From Chrysomallon squamiferum (lineage: Eukaryota > Animalia > Mollusca), in assembly GCA_012295275.1 (NCBI GenBank), contig CM022670.1, forward strand, positions 36,208,001 to 36,272,000: DNA of 64,000 bases, in the 5' to 3' direction. The translations under genes and the position numbers were made by a program. The notes beneath the pieces were generated by a model, which had not been told where the DNA came from, did no database searches, and was given only the letters and a program-made list of their open reading frames with translations. Positions 1-17,131 of this stretch are shown one piece after another; the stretch's first letter is position 1; each line of letters opens with the position of its first letter.

Positions 1-548
1 GAATGTTTGCCTTAGGTGATTTAGCATCAAAATGTTGAAACTAATGATATGAGAATATGTAACAACTTGTAGTCTGCAGTTCCAAACCCTGTCTTTCTGG
101 TTTCTTTATTTTCTGATAGTAACAATACAATTTAGATAAGAGTATTTTCACAAGACTCTTATTTTAGTAATTATAATAAGAATAAAAATGTTTCATGTTA
201 GATGGCATTTAACAATTATTTCATACTGATTTATGAATATTTAACAATAGTTCAGACTACATTTGAACCATTTAATTTACATTATAAAAAGGACAGTAAA
301 AAAATAAGCTGGGATCAAGAAATCATGTAAATGAGTACAAATACTGATATACATTAAAGTATAAATATTATATATATCAATATCCATCTGAATTAAATAT
401 AACTGCTAATAATTTTAACTATTTAAAAATCACTGAAACTGTCCTTATAACAAGCTAGCAATATTTAGGCCTATTTATTATTAACCATAGTCTGTTTAAG
501 TGTTACTTGATGTTTTAAAAATAACTGAATTCAGTTTTTGTAATCTCT

Positions 549-595
<47 letters not shown>

Positions 596-1160
596 GCCGT
601 AACAATAAATTCAGTAAATCCAGATTAAAAAAACATTATAAAAAAAATGTAGTTTTCCAGCATTCTTGCCAAAACTGAAAAATATCCATATAGTTTTTAA
701 TTATTTTTCATTTTTTAAATGAAAAACCTTCAAATAAAGTGTTAAAGCTTTCCAAAAAAATTGTTCTGCCTTTAATAATCACTACTTTGTCACATCTGAA
801 TTTGTATGATGAATTGTGATAAATTTGTGCTGCTGGGCTTCATGGAACAAAGTTTCATCCATTGTTTAAACCTTTTTAATACACTGTCACATTAAACATT
901 AAATACAGATACCTGAGCTTTCTACAAACACTATTAAATACACAACATACAAAATATAAAATAAAAATAAAAATCTTCCTTCTTACTTGGAAACATTTAA
1001 ATAAATGGACAATAAACAAGATTTTTAAAATGTATTTTTTTATTATTAATTTATTATGTGGCCTTATTTCATCATTATTAAATTATTTAAATAAAATAAT
1101 TAAAAAACTAAAATAATAATAATATAATAAAATAAATAAAATAAATAAATAAAATCTTAC

Positions 1161-1337
1161 CTGAGATTCATGGTATTTTTCTCTTGGAAGTTTTGGTTCA
1201 ACTGGGAGTCCTCCTGTATCTATAAATGTTTCCTTTACTTTATTTTCAAACAAAAGTTTGAACGTCACTGGTCCTACTGCCACAAAAAATGCAGCAAAAA
1301 GTAAGTACTTTATAATAGTGACCGTATTTCGTCTCAT
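1161..1337 (-). CDS. First coding exon (cytoplasmic tail, TM anchor, stem) of a polypeptide N-acetylgalactosaminyltransferase-like gene; the rest lies left of the window
   Basis: MRRNTVTIIKYLLFAAFFVAVGPVTFKLLFE...HESQ (59 codons) ends at a CAG|GTAAGA donor. It has type II membrane topology and mirrors exon 1 of the plus-strand GALNT (MRRNSVTLLKYLF..., also a phase-0 GTAAGA donor). No catalytic domain is visible in the window. Confidence 0.75.
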
Positions 1338-2371
1338 ATCTCTATATCTAGTAAAAATTGCAGATACTGAAAAGTATAAATAAATAAATAAATAAATAAA
1401 TAAATCAAATTATATAAAAATCAAATCTCGAAGCAGACGATCAAACATTCAAAGTCAATAAAAAGTTGAAGAAGTGTCAACTGTATGTCTGAATAAACAG
1501 TTAAATTTCCGAACGTGTTGCAAAAACCATTTCCAACAAATGGATTTACAGATAATACATCATACAAATGTATATATGTATATTAAAACATAAATAAATG
1601 CAGTCGACGTATTGGTCTGAACAGGTACTGTTTTCATTCAATCAGAACTCGTCCACTCACGATTCCATGGCCGTTTCGTTATTGTTAGTTTCCTTCAAAA
1701 ATATTGTGAGCACTTGCCAACATTTAACAAGTCAACCGTAGTACAGTTTTGATAAATTTATGAAATAAAACTTTTTTTTTTTTTCTCTAAACTTTCTATA
1801 AATTATATCGTTACTCATTTATTATTTTACAGTATTTCTTCAAATTCATGTCTAGAATCAATAAAATAATATGTTCAATCTGTTTTAAACATTTCTCATG
1901 ACAGAACAGATAGATATACTATCATATACTGTATGATATAGTTACATTTTAAAAGAAGTACTTTATAGGATGATCACTAAATAAAAAAATAATTTGAGGA
2001 ATACTATTTTGCTACACCATTTAAATAGTATAGACAATGAAATAATTATTTAATGTCTTAGTTAAAAAAATAAATACATTTTTATAATGGAAACTGTTTT
2101 TAATTATCATCATCATTAATTAATTAATTTATTATCATATAATTAGTCTTATCTCCAGTGGTTACTTTCCTTTCACGTTTATAGATATCGACTGTTGTGT
2201 AACATGTGGTTAGATATTAAATATTATTTTTTAATAACGAATGAAACTAATAATTGGTATTATAAACTGCAGTTACAAGTGTTTGTATGACAGGTGTTAG
2301 AGCTACCTTCCTGAAGAATCGGCCTTCATCAAATCGGTCTACTTAATCAGAGGTGGAAAGGTTAAGGTCGT

Positions 2372-2373
<2 letters not shown>

Positions 2374-2448
<75 letters not shown>
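2374..2448. repeat. (CT)n microsatellite
   Basis: Uninterrupted CT run. Confidence 0.97.
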
Positions 2449-2452
<4 letters not shown>

Positions 2453-3489
2453 GTGCTCTAAAAATACTATGTTGGGCAGATAACTTGGTGCTTGCACTGC
2501 ATATCCAAGTCATCTATGTTTGAATCTCTACAGTCGATAATATAGGTCAAATATTTTACTGATTTAAAATATTACAGATACCGAAGCATTTATCCGACTT
2601 CCTGAAATCAGGAAGATTCAGAAAACCAGCTATTTTTTTTTGAAACTGGCTACTTCTGAATTAGGCACGTTTTAGTTTCCGTGATTCCAGTTCAAATGAG
2701 AATGTTGTTTATATGTATCAGTTTACACTCAAAAGTATTTTAAGTGAATTAACAGAGATCAAACAGGCAATGCTTCAGAAGTGTTCTAATTTGTTTCTGT
2801 TCAATAAAGATTCACATTTTACTTTTTATTTTTTATTTTATTTTTTATTTATCTATTTATTTTTTTATTTTTATTTTGCCTGTATCTAGAAATCTGGACT
2901 ATCTCATGTCCCAAGCTTGCCGAATAAATGATTTTTTGAAAAATATTATTTATTTATTGTTTGATTGATTTATAATAATAATAATAATAATAATTAAAAA
3001 AAAAAAAAAAAAAAAAAAATTGATTTATTTATCTTTACTTCGAAAAGACTCATTTTCTATTTATTCATCTATAAACAAATCTATCTACATGTAACGGGGG
3101 GGAATAAGCAAGGAAAGCGGATCTCTTAGCTAGCTATAATATATATAGGTAATATATATCACTATCTAAGGAATAACAAACAAGACGGGGTTTCCAATTA
3201 AAGGGCTTTAATATTAGGTTATTGTTGATATCATATAGCAATGTTAATATTTATAACATGGTAACTCTGGCGTCTCCAAGCAGGACAAACTGACCAGGTT
3301 CATAAAACAAATCACAATAAAAATTATACGGTTGCAAAACTAAAAACATCAAACCAATACAAAAACAAAATGACACGACCAATGTCGCCATCTTCACTAG
3401 CAATTGTTTAAGGTCCTGCAATGTCCCAGACCGGAGTATAATCTTTTGCTCTCTGAAAAAGTCCCCCCTTAAATTCCAGGCAGCAGTTG

Positions 3490-3519
3490 CCATATATGGT
3501 CATGTCACATGACCATATA
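3490..3519. promoter_or_regulatory. Palindromic element with a CArG box and an E-box between the divergent GALNT genes
   Basis: TATATGGTCATGT-C-ACATGACCATATA (perfect 13-bp arms), overlapping CCATATATGG (CC(A/T)6GG) and GTCACATGAC. Confidence 0.4.
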
Positions 3520-4130
3520 GTCTCCCGTGATAACAAAAACTCTCAATAGGAGGCAGTCATCTTAATCTATCTTGTAGGACTTACTCCCAACTAATTACTG
3601 TAAAACATTATATAATCTGACCTTTATAGAATAGGAAGCAATGGCTATTATTTCTCTATTCTACAAACATTTCATTACAAATCTATGGTATCTCCTGTAG
3701 GAAAGGATTTTTTTAAATAGAACGAAACAGTTATCTTTAAAAACACAACAACAATAAAAACAACAAACAACAAAATTAAATACTTCGAGTACAATATACC
3801 AATTGTAGTAGTAGTAGTAATATAAAGAAAATGAAGCAGATGACGAAGACAAAGAAGCGAGCATTTTATATTAGAAAAATCTCTTACTGATACAGGGGGG
3901 GCATTATGAGTGCGTATGTGCGTCTGTGCGCGTGTGTGTGCGTGTCTCTTCTTTTTTTAATACCTATAACCTAAACAGCAACAGTGCTCAGGTCATTCGG
4001 CCCAGCTATTGACTTTTTAAACGTCTTTGTTGTATACCTGGTAAGATCAATAGGAGTAACGTACACAGAATTTGTGTGTACAATATCTTTATCTCACATC
4101 AATACTTGGACTTAAACACATGTATGCATT

Positions 4131-10318
<6,188 letters not shown>

Positions 10319-10359
10319 ATTAGTTAATAGACTTTATTTTATTATTGTTTTAATCTAAT

Positions 10360-10495
10360 ACTTTTTAATTTTAATTTTAATAATTCATTTTAATTTTAAT
10401 TTTAATTTTAAATTTAAATATAATTTTAATTTTAATTTTAAATTTAAATTTAATTTTTATTTTAATTTTAATTTTAAATATAATTTTAATTTTAT
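10360..10495. repeat. (TTTTAA)n-like hexamer repeat just 3' of the GALNT stop
   Basis: Direct reading of degenerate ATTTTA units. Confidence 0.85.
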
Positions 10496-10628
10496 CTAAA
10501 ATGAACGTGCATAGGTTTCTATGGCCAATGCCTGATGTAATTTATGGAACTTGTAACAATGAACAAAATGTTATTTTTTGTCCCGTTAAGATAGATGTAT
10601 AATTAAAACTGCCTTGATTCCACACTGG

Positions 10629-10672
<44 letters not shown>
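10629..10672 (+). repeat. Poly(A) tract (~44 nt)
   Basis: Direct reading. Confidence 0.9.
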
Positions 10673-10676
<4 letters not shown>

Positions 10677-12077
10677 ACACCCAAAAAACAAAAGAGAAAC
10701 TTAATGTATCTAAAGAACAGCATATGAAGAACAAGGTTAGGTAATCTGCTAACGATAATCATAATACAATATTATTATAATATCACTTTTTGCAGCCATT
10801 ACACAAAAACACACACATACATATATATGCATCAGTATATACAGAATCAAATATAAACACATACCCTTATTAATCTATGTAATGTGCACGACCAGTAATA
10901 GTTATTGTAAAACATTTAAACTTTATTAAATTATTTATCTGAGTGATTTGTTTTATTAATATTTATTATAAATGCTTATTTTGTTATTTATCATTTACAC
11001 ATAAGCAATTAATTGATGTATTATAATTATGTACATTATAATCCTTGATAATAAATGTATGTCATTATCTTCCTAATTATCCATTTATTCATACGTCATA
11101 CACTCATACATACATACATACATACATATGTTAACGTTGCAATTCCTGTAGCTAGTATATCTCGTTGATATTGATGTTAAATGGACAGTGTTCAAGACAG
11201 ATGCATCTAATATTAATGAATGTAGAATATTAATAAAAATAAAATGATTGCAATATAATGGGATATTTGTTTTATATACAGTCATGTACGTATAATACAA
11301 CACATGTGTGCAGATACATATATTATTTCCATCCATACATCCATACATACACAATATATAAAAAAAATGAACATAACAAATTATCCTTAACATTTATATT
11401 CTTAATACGTAAATAAAATGAACGTTTTTCCATTTATTATTTTCTCTTAGTGACAATAATTTATATACTATAGAATTTTGAATAGACTATAATTTCCAGT
11501 TATGTTCAGGATTAAGTTGCAACGATGGTTTTAGTACAACGACAATAACGTCCGGATACTTTGCTTGAACCAGCAATGAATATAAGCACGTTTTGTATCA
11601 TTTTAAATGCACTTGAACGATTATGTGCAGACGTTAGAGTTGACCTTAATTTTCATAATCACTATTCATTGTGAGAAAGTCACTTTCACACATTGTAGTT
11701 ATACAAATAATTTTTTGTTTTATAGTCTTCGTTGTTACGTGCATGATTCTTACGAAACACTGTCAAACTCAGAAGTATAACATATCGAATTAAAACCATT
11801 TGAAACATTAACCATTGTAAATAATAAAAGAACAGATAACGTCCAGATGATTATATTGCTGACAAACAGACATTATCATCAACAGAGGTCGCTCAGTATG
11901 TTTACGTCATATGAAATAGGAAAGGGCTAATACAAGATTATTATTATTTATAAAGGTTTAATTTCAACCAATTCATTTAACAAATGTGATTGTTATCTAC
12001 AATCTTCCGCGTAACCTACTTTAAAAGAACTAGTTCTGTGTGTGTGTTTGTATGTGGGTCAGTATGTTAGTGTTAGA

Positions 12078-12231
12078 CAGGGACGTAACTATTGAAAAGA
12101 ACGCCTATGATGCCCCTGTCCAAACATTTGACATCCATAAGTCAAGTTTAACAGAAATTGCTCAGTGACGCTCCCCTTCGAGAGGCACCCAGGGAATGTG
12201 CCATACTTGTCACGCCTCTGTTAGGTCACTG
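12078..12231. mobile_element. Degenerate MITE-like element (~154 bp)
   Basis: GC-richer island bounded by CAGGGACGTAAC and GTTAGGTCACTG (10/12 inverted match), resembling CAG-terminated non-autonomous DNA transposons. The 8-bp flanks match only partly (GTGTTAGA / GTATGTGA). Confidence 0.45.
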
Positions 12232-13198
12232 GTATGTGAGGGAACTAGCGTATTACTTGCTATATCCAATGCTTTCTTTATATCCCTACTTGAGTCCCAT
12301 GTATGCATTTTGACATAAATCACAGAGAAATAGAAGTAGCCGCTAGGCCGTTATACAGCGAAAGATAAACATAAAACTGAGTATACTTATATCTTGATGT
12401 GCCAGAAAGGTTATATACCCCTATTCCCTTTCTCATATAGTTACACACAAGCAGACACATATACACACACACGCAGACACATAAACACACACATTCACTC
12501 TCATCTCTGAATCACGTACACATTAAAACGAATTAATCATATACGGATGATACAATTCCAAAAGAAGTTCAAGAGTTGCGGAAACATTGGCTGATATATC
12601 GTATAAAATATTGGTGGATTACAAGTGCTTTTAACTGACATTTTACAATCTGTCATACTTGTTCGGTGACTGTATGATTCAAAAGTAAAATATGTTTCAT
12701 GATCATGTATTTTTTAAAGAACTATGTTCACTATATTAAAAAAAAATACCGTCACTCGTTCGTCTCTTGTTGCTGAATGACGTGATGAAATCATTACATG
12801 CATGCACCTTTCCATTGAAACATCTCAGTTGGTGTAATGAGAAGAATTTATCCGGAAAAAGAATTGGGTTCTGAAATTTCATTCTGGTAATGAATGAAAA
12901 GTCAGATACATAATTTTACGTTGTTCCGATTCACAAATTACAGATATACGCAATCAGCTGAAAAAGTATAACAATTTTTTAGTTAGGCTGCTATATATTT
13001 GTTAGTTATGATGAAATGAGTTGAATTAAAGTAAATTCATATAAAAGCATTTTAGTTATTAAGGAAGAGCAAAGATGTTCTGTACAAATAAGACCTTTGT
13101 CGTACTTACACATTCAATAAAGTCAGTAAAGCAAATAGTTACAATACATAATTTGCCCCCGCGTATGAAGAATTAAAATGTATTAAATATTTATTGGG

Positions 13199-13241
<43 letters not shown>

Positions 13242-13993
13242 CAACAACAAAACAACATAAAATTAGAAAGAAAAATACATTACTAATAAAATTGTTTTAT
13301 TACATTTTCATGATTTACATTTAATTATTCGACCAGTTATTTTGTTCTTAAAGAACTCGACTTTGTTTTCAGATAAAAATAGTTAATTCTGATAAACTAT
13401 AAAGACTGATACATCTATGATATATAACTTTAAACAGTGAAATAACAGAGATTAAAATAAAATAATATATATATTTATAAATATATTGTTATTGTTTTAA
13501 CAAATTCAAAAAATGTATATTCACCTATACCATTCATAAACCAGCTTGAGTGGATGGCACTTCATTTCCTTATGGCTTTCTGTACCATTTAATTAAACAT
13601 TCTAACAAAAACTAATTCAGTTTCTTTGTTTCTGTTCACAAAAGACAAATTAACATCTTAACATCGGATAACCGTCTTTTTACACACACACACACACACA
13701 CACACATTCATTTTATATTTATATCGGCCTCCATTTTTTAATTATTCAAAGCATTCATCATATCTGTATTGTTAATAATATTTTTGTTACTTTATTTTTA
13801 ATAAAGGCAATAAAAAATTGAATACGTAAAATACGAATTAGTTTTGTATATAATGGATCAGATATCTATTATTTTTCAGTTTTTTAATTTTTGTTTTTAT
13901 TTGTTTATTTATTTATAAAGAAGTATTTACTAACATAATTATTATGCCGTGGAATACCGGCGGTATTTCATCACTGGGGTATAATAAGCTAAT

Positions 13994-14009
13994 GCAGCGC
14001 CATCTATTG
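13994..14009 (-). promoter_or_regulatory. CTCF-like binding motif
   Basis: The minus strand reads CAATAGATGGCGCTGC, close to the CTCF core CCAnnAGRKGGCRS. It lies in CpG-retaining DNA upstream of the zinc-finger gene. Confidence 0.45.
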
Positions 14010-15700
14010 ACTTTATTTCATTGTTCACAAAGCCGTTATTTTTGGAAAATATCTATATGAGATAATTTTCCAAATAGCCAAACTGGAACAGAGGTATTAA
14101 TATAGCTAAATACAGAAATATAATATCATGCATTTTATAAATATTTTTTTTCTTTCTTTTAATGATTTATCCCAAAAGAGATTATTGCGAGTATAGAAAG
14201 AAAGGCGGATAACTCTCGTTTCCTTACCTAGTTAAAGGCTCTGTCATTTATTTTATCTTATCTCTTATTATTGGTATTTAAATGCTCAAAAATACATAGA
14301 TTTATTTTCGTGAACTTGACAGGATGTTACTGATATACTAATGATAATCTCTGTGTTTAATTTAATTACAAATTCGTGATAGTGGATCACGGATTCAACA
14401 ACTTGAAAGTTACGGACTAACGCAACGGCAAAAAATCGGGGAAAATTGTAAATAATTTTTACATTTTTGTATTGATGATATGTTTGATGAAAACCACACG
14501 AAGCGGCGAAAGCCCCCAGACATTTATCTGACCAATATTAGTTCTTTCAGATTTAATTGTTTTCTTTTTTAGCGCTCCTGCACGACACGATGTCGTTATT
14601 CTTGCTTGAATTATGAAAGTACGAACACAATATTGTCTTTATTACAACTACACGTCTACAGTATCTTAGGACTGTTATTTATTGGAAAAGAAGAAGAAGA
14701 AGAAAAAGATATATTAAAGCAAAATTGAGATATTTATACTGATTTTATAACTGGATATTTTGTTTCCAACTGAACCGATACTTTTCTGTTCAGTAACAAT
14801 AATAATAAGAAGACATTTGTAATAAATTCATTGTCTTCCAATATTATAGAAACTACGTAGTTAGATTTAATACCGCTTAGGAGGATGTGATAAATAAGTA
14901 TCTGCATCTCAGAAACAGTAATAAATTTTCAATAGCACAGCATCATAATTTTAGTATCTCATATATACCATAGCAAGTGGTACAGAAAAAACAGATCTCA
15001 CTAGTCATTTTGGTTTTACTAAGAGCCTCTTGATAATCTTTGGTAAACTAGTTTTTATGTTTTGTTTTTGAATTCTTTGGAAACATTTAATTTATTTAAA
15101 ACAACAACAACAACAAAACTGAATTTTTTTTTTTTTTTTTTTTTTAAAATCAGTATTATTTTGACCATTGTGTTCTTCTTGCAATGCATAACATTTTATC
15201 AGCTAATTATTGTTAATTACTGAGTATCTTCAAACTGAAATTTGACTACATATTGTTACAAGTTTTATATGTTAAACTACATACATGACTTAACGAAAAT
15301 GTCAGCTGAACATTAAATGAAAATATGAAAATGAAAATACTTGAATTTGATTAGTAATGGTTTATATTGGAGACTCCATCTGAAAGTGAGGTTTTGTAAA
15401 AAAAAATCTAAAATTTTTTTAAAAAGACTTGATACTTTTGTTGTAGTGTTCTTAATTTATTTTTTCACATAATTATATTCCTTTGTATAATTCCATTATA
15501 TAAAATTAAAGTAGCATTACCATAAAACAACATTTCAAAATTTGTAGATCCCATGATTTTAGTCAATTGTTATTTTCTTATTTTACCCTCTTCTTAAAAG
15601 TGAACAATGTACAAAGTTTCAAACAAAAACAAACAAAAATTTTTTTAATTTAATTTTTTTACAAAGATTTTCTTTTCTTTCAGTACCAATATTATGTACC

Positions 15701-17131
15701 ATGGATAAGCTATCACATCATCCTTGTCATCGGCTTAGTGTTCCAGCAGCTAAACTTTTCTGGTGTCGCCACTGTAAGGAGAAGTTTGAAGATGCTATTT
15801 CAAGATGGCGGCACAGTAAAACCTGCAAAATTGAAGGCATACTTAACATGAACAAGCGTAAGGAACAAGAGGCAGAGGCATTTAAATTATTTGTGGAATC
15901 AACTACAGAATCGGAAATAAAAAATGAACTTGAATCTTTACCACAGTCTGTAGCATTGATCTCACCTCCAGAAAAGGTCCCTAACCACACACAACAGACT
16001 GGCACAGATTTAAACTGTTACATTTGTAAAAAAGAATTTACAAGTCTGGATGAAATGCGTGCTCACGTTAGAACACCATGCAATAAGCAGGACAGAAATT
16101 CTGAAATATACAACACTTTTCCATTCATTACTGAACCTTCTAAAGATGTCAGATTAGTAACGTCAGAACAGTTTTTACCACCCAAGACTTTTGAGTCATT
16201 GTTTTCACTACAAAATAATAAAACATTACAGAAAGTGAAAACAGAGGTGAATACAGTGGTGGTTAATAATCAGTTGGACACAAAAAGAAAAACAACACAC
16301 CAAGAAACAAATTCTGAGGAGAAAATGTATGAGAATGGTATCAGTATGTTAGTAGATAGCACAGACTACTTAAAATATCATAATACTAATGGACACAGTG
16401 CAATGATTGTTCAAGCAAATGAAAATGAAGTATCTTGCTGCATAAAGAAAGAAGCAGAAAAATCTACTGTTTTAAAGCATGTCACTACACAAGATAATAA
16501 TGTCAAGAAAACCAATAATGACAATTTGTGTCTTGTATCAGAAGATATTGGAACTGAAGTTACAGATTTCAACTCTTCAGTTTCTAATGTTTCAATACCC
16601 ACTGTTGATCACAGTAATATTTCCCAGGCATTAGAAGTGAAACCTAATCTTGAACAGCTTGAAACTGATGTCCATGCTCAGTTTTCCATGGATCAAACTG
16701 AATCATTTACTTGGAAAGCTTTCCATGCAGTTAATGCAGTATCTGATTCAAACAGTGAGCATGAAGAGGTCCTAACTGAGCATGTGAAAAAGAAATATGA
16801 TCAAGATTTTACAGTTGTTGTGACACCACCAGCAGTTTCTGCTAATGAACGGAACGAAGAAAAGACATGTGATTCTATGAGAAAGTTCAAGTCAACAAAA
16901 GGTTCTAAAAATAAGCCAAAGCCTACAAGAGCTGTTATCCCAGTTCTTCACACAAGCCAAAGATTCACAGACGAGGATGACAGAGAAGATGACTGTACTG
17001 AGATTAGTGATAATTCATACAAAACTTATCCACCTAGTCCAGCCCAAACCAGATCAAAATTAAAAGATTTAGAATCACAAATGAGATCAACAGCTAGAAG
17101 AGTGAAACCAACTCAAAAAAATTGGAAATGA
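15701..17131 (+). CDS. Zinc-finger protein, upstream ORF (476 aa) with two C2HC-type fingers and a low-complexity region
   Basis: Long ORF in stop-rich DNA, just downstream of a strong acceptor (ttttcttttctttcag, ending 15683). Fingers: CRHCKEKFEDAISRWRHSKTC and CYICKKEFTSLDEMRAHVRTPC. Ends ...CAA AAA AAT TGG AAA TGA. Confidence 0.85.
   Translation: MDKLSHHPCHRLSVPAAKLFWCRHCKEKFEDAISRWRHSKTCKIEGILNMNKRKEQEAEAFKLFVESTTESEIKNELESLPQSVALISPPEKVPNHTQQTGTDLNCYICKKEFTSLDEMRAHVRTPCNKQDRNSEIYNTFPFITEPSKDVRLVTSEQFLPPKTFESLFSLQNNKTLQKVKTEVNTVVVNNQLDTKRKTTHQETNSEEKMYENGISMLVDSTDYLKYHNTNGHSAMIVQANENEVSCCIKKEAEKSTVLKHVTTQDNNVKKTNNDNLCLVSEDIGTEVTDFNSSVSNVSIPTVDHSNISQALEVKPNLEQLETDVHAQFSMDQTESFTWKAFHAVNAVSDSNSEHEEVLTEHVKKKYDQDFTVVVTPPAVSANERNEEKTCDSMRKFKSTKGSKNKPKPTRAVIPVLHTSQRFTDEDDREDDCTEISDNSYKTYPPSPAQTRSKLKDLESQMRSTARRVKPTQKNWK

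Noticed and set aside
1-40. Possible second exon of the minus-strand GALNT-like gene (cattag|FQHFDAKSPKANI...)
   Set aside because: It is open in the right phase, but it is truncated by the window edge, has a modest acceptor and carries no diagnostic motif.
3251-3493. 80-aa minus-strand ORF and other short intergenic or intronic ORFs in the track
   Set aside because: They have no recognisable domains or exon chain, and are consistent with chance ORFs in AT-rich DNA.
10629-10672. Poly(A) tail of a retroposed element
   Set aside because: No SINE/LINE body or target-site duplication is recognisable, and long A/T runs are common throughout the window.
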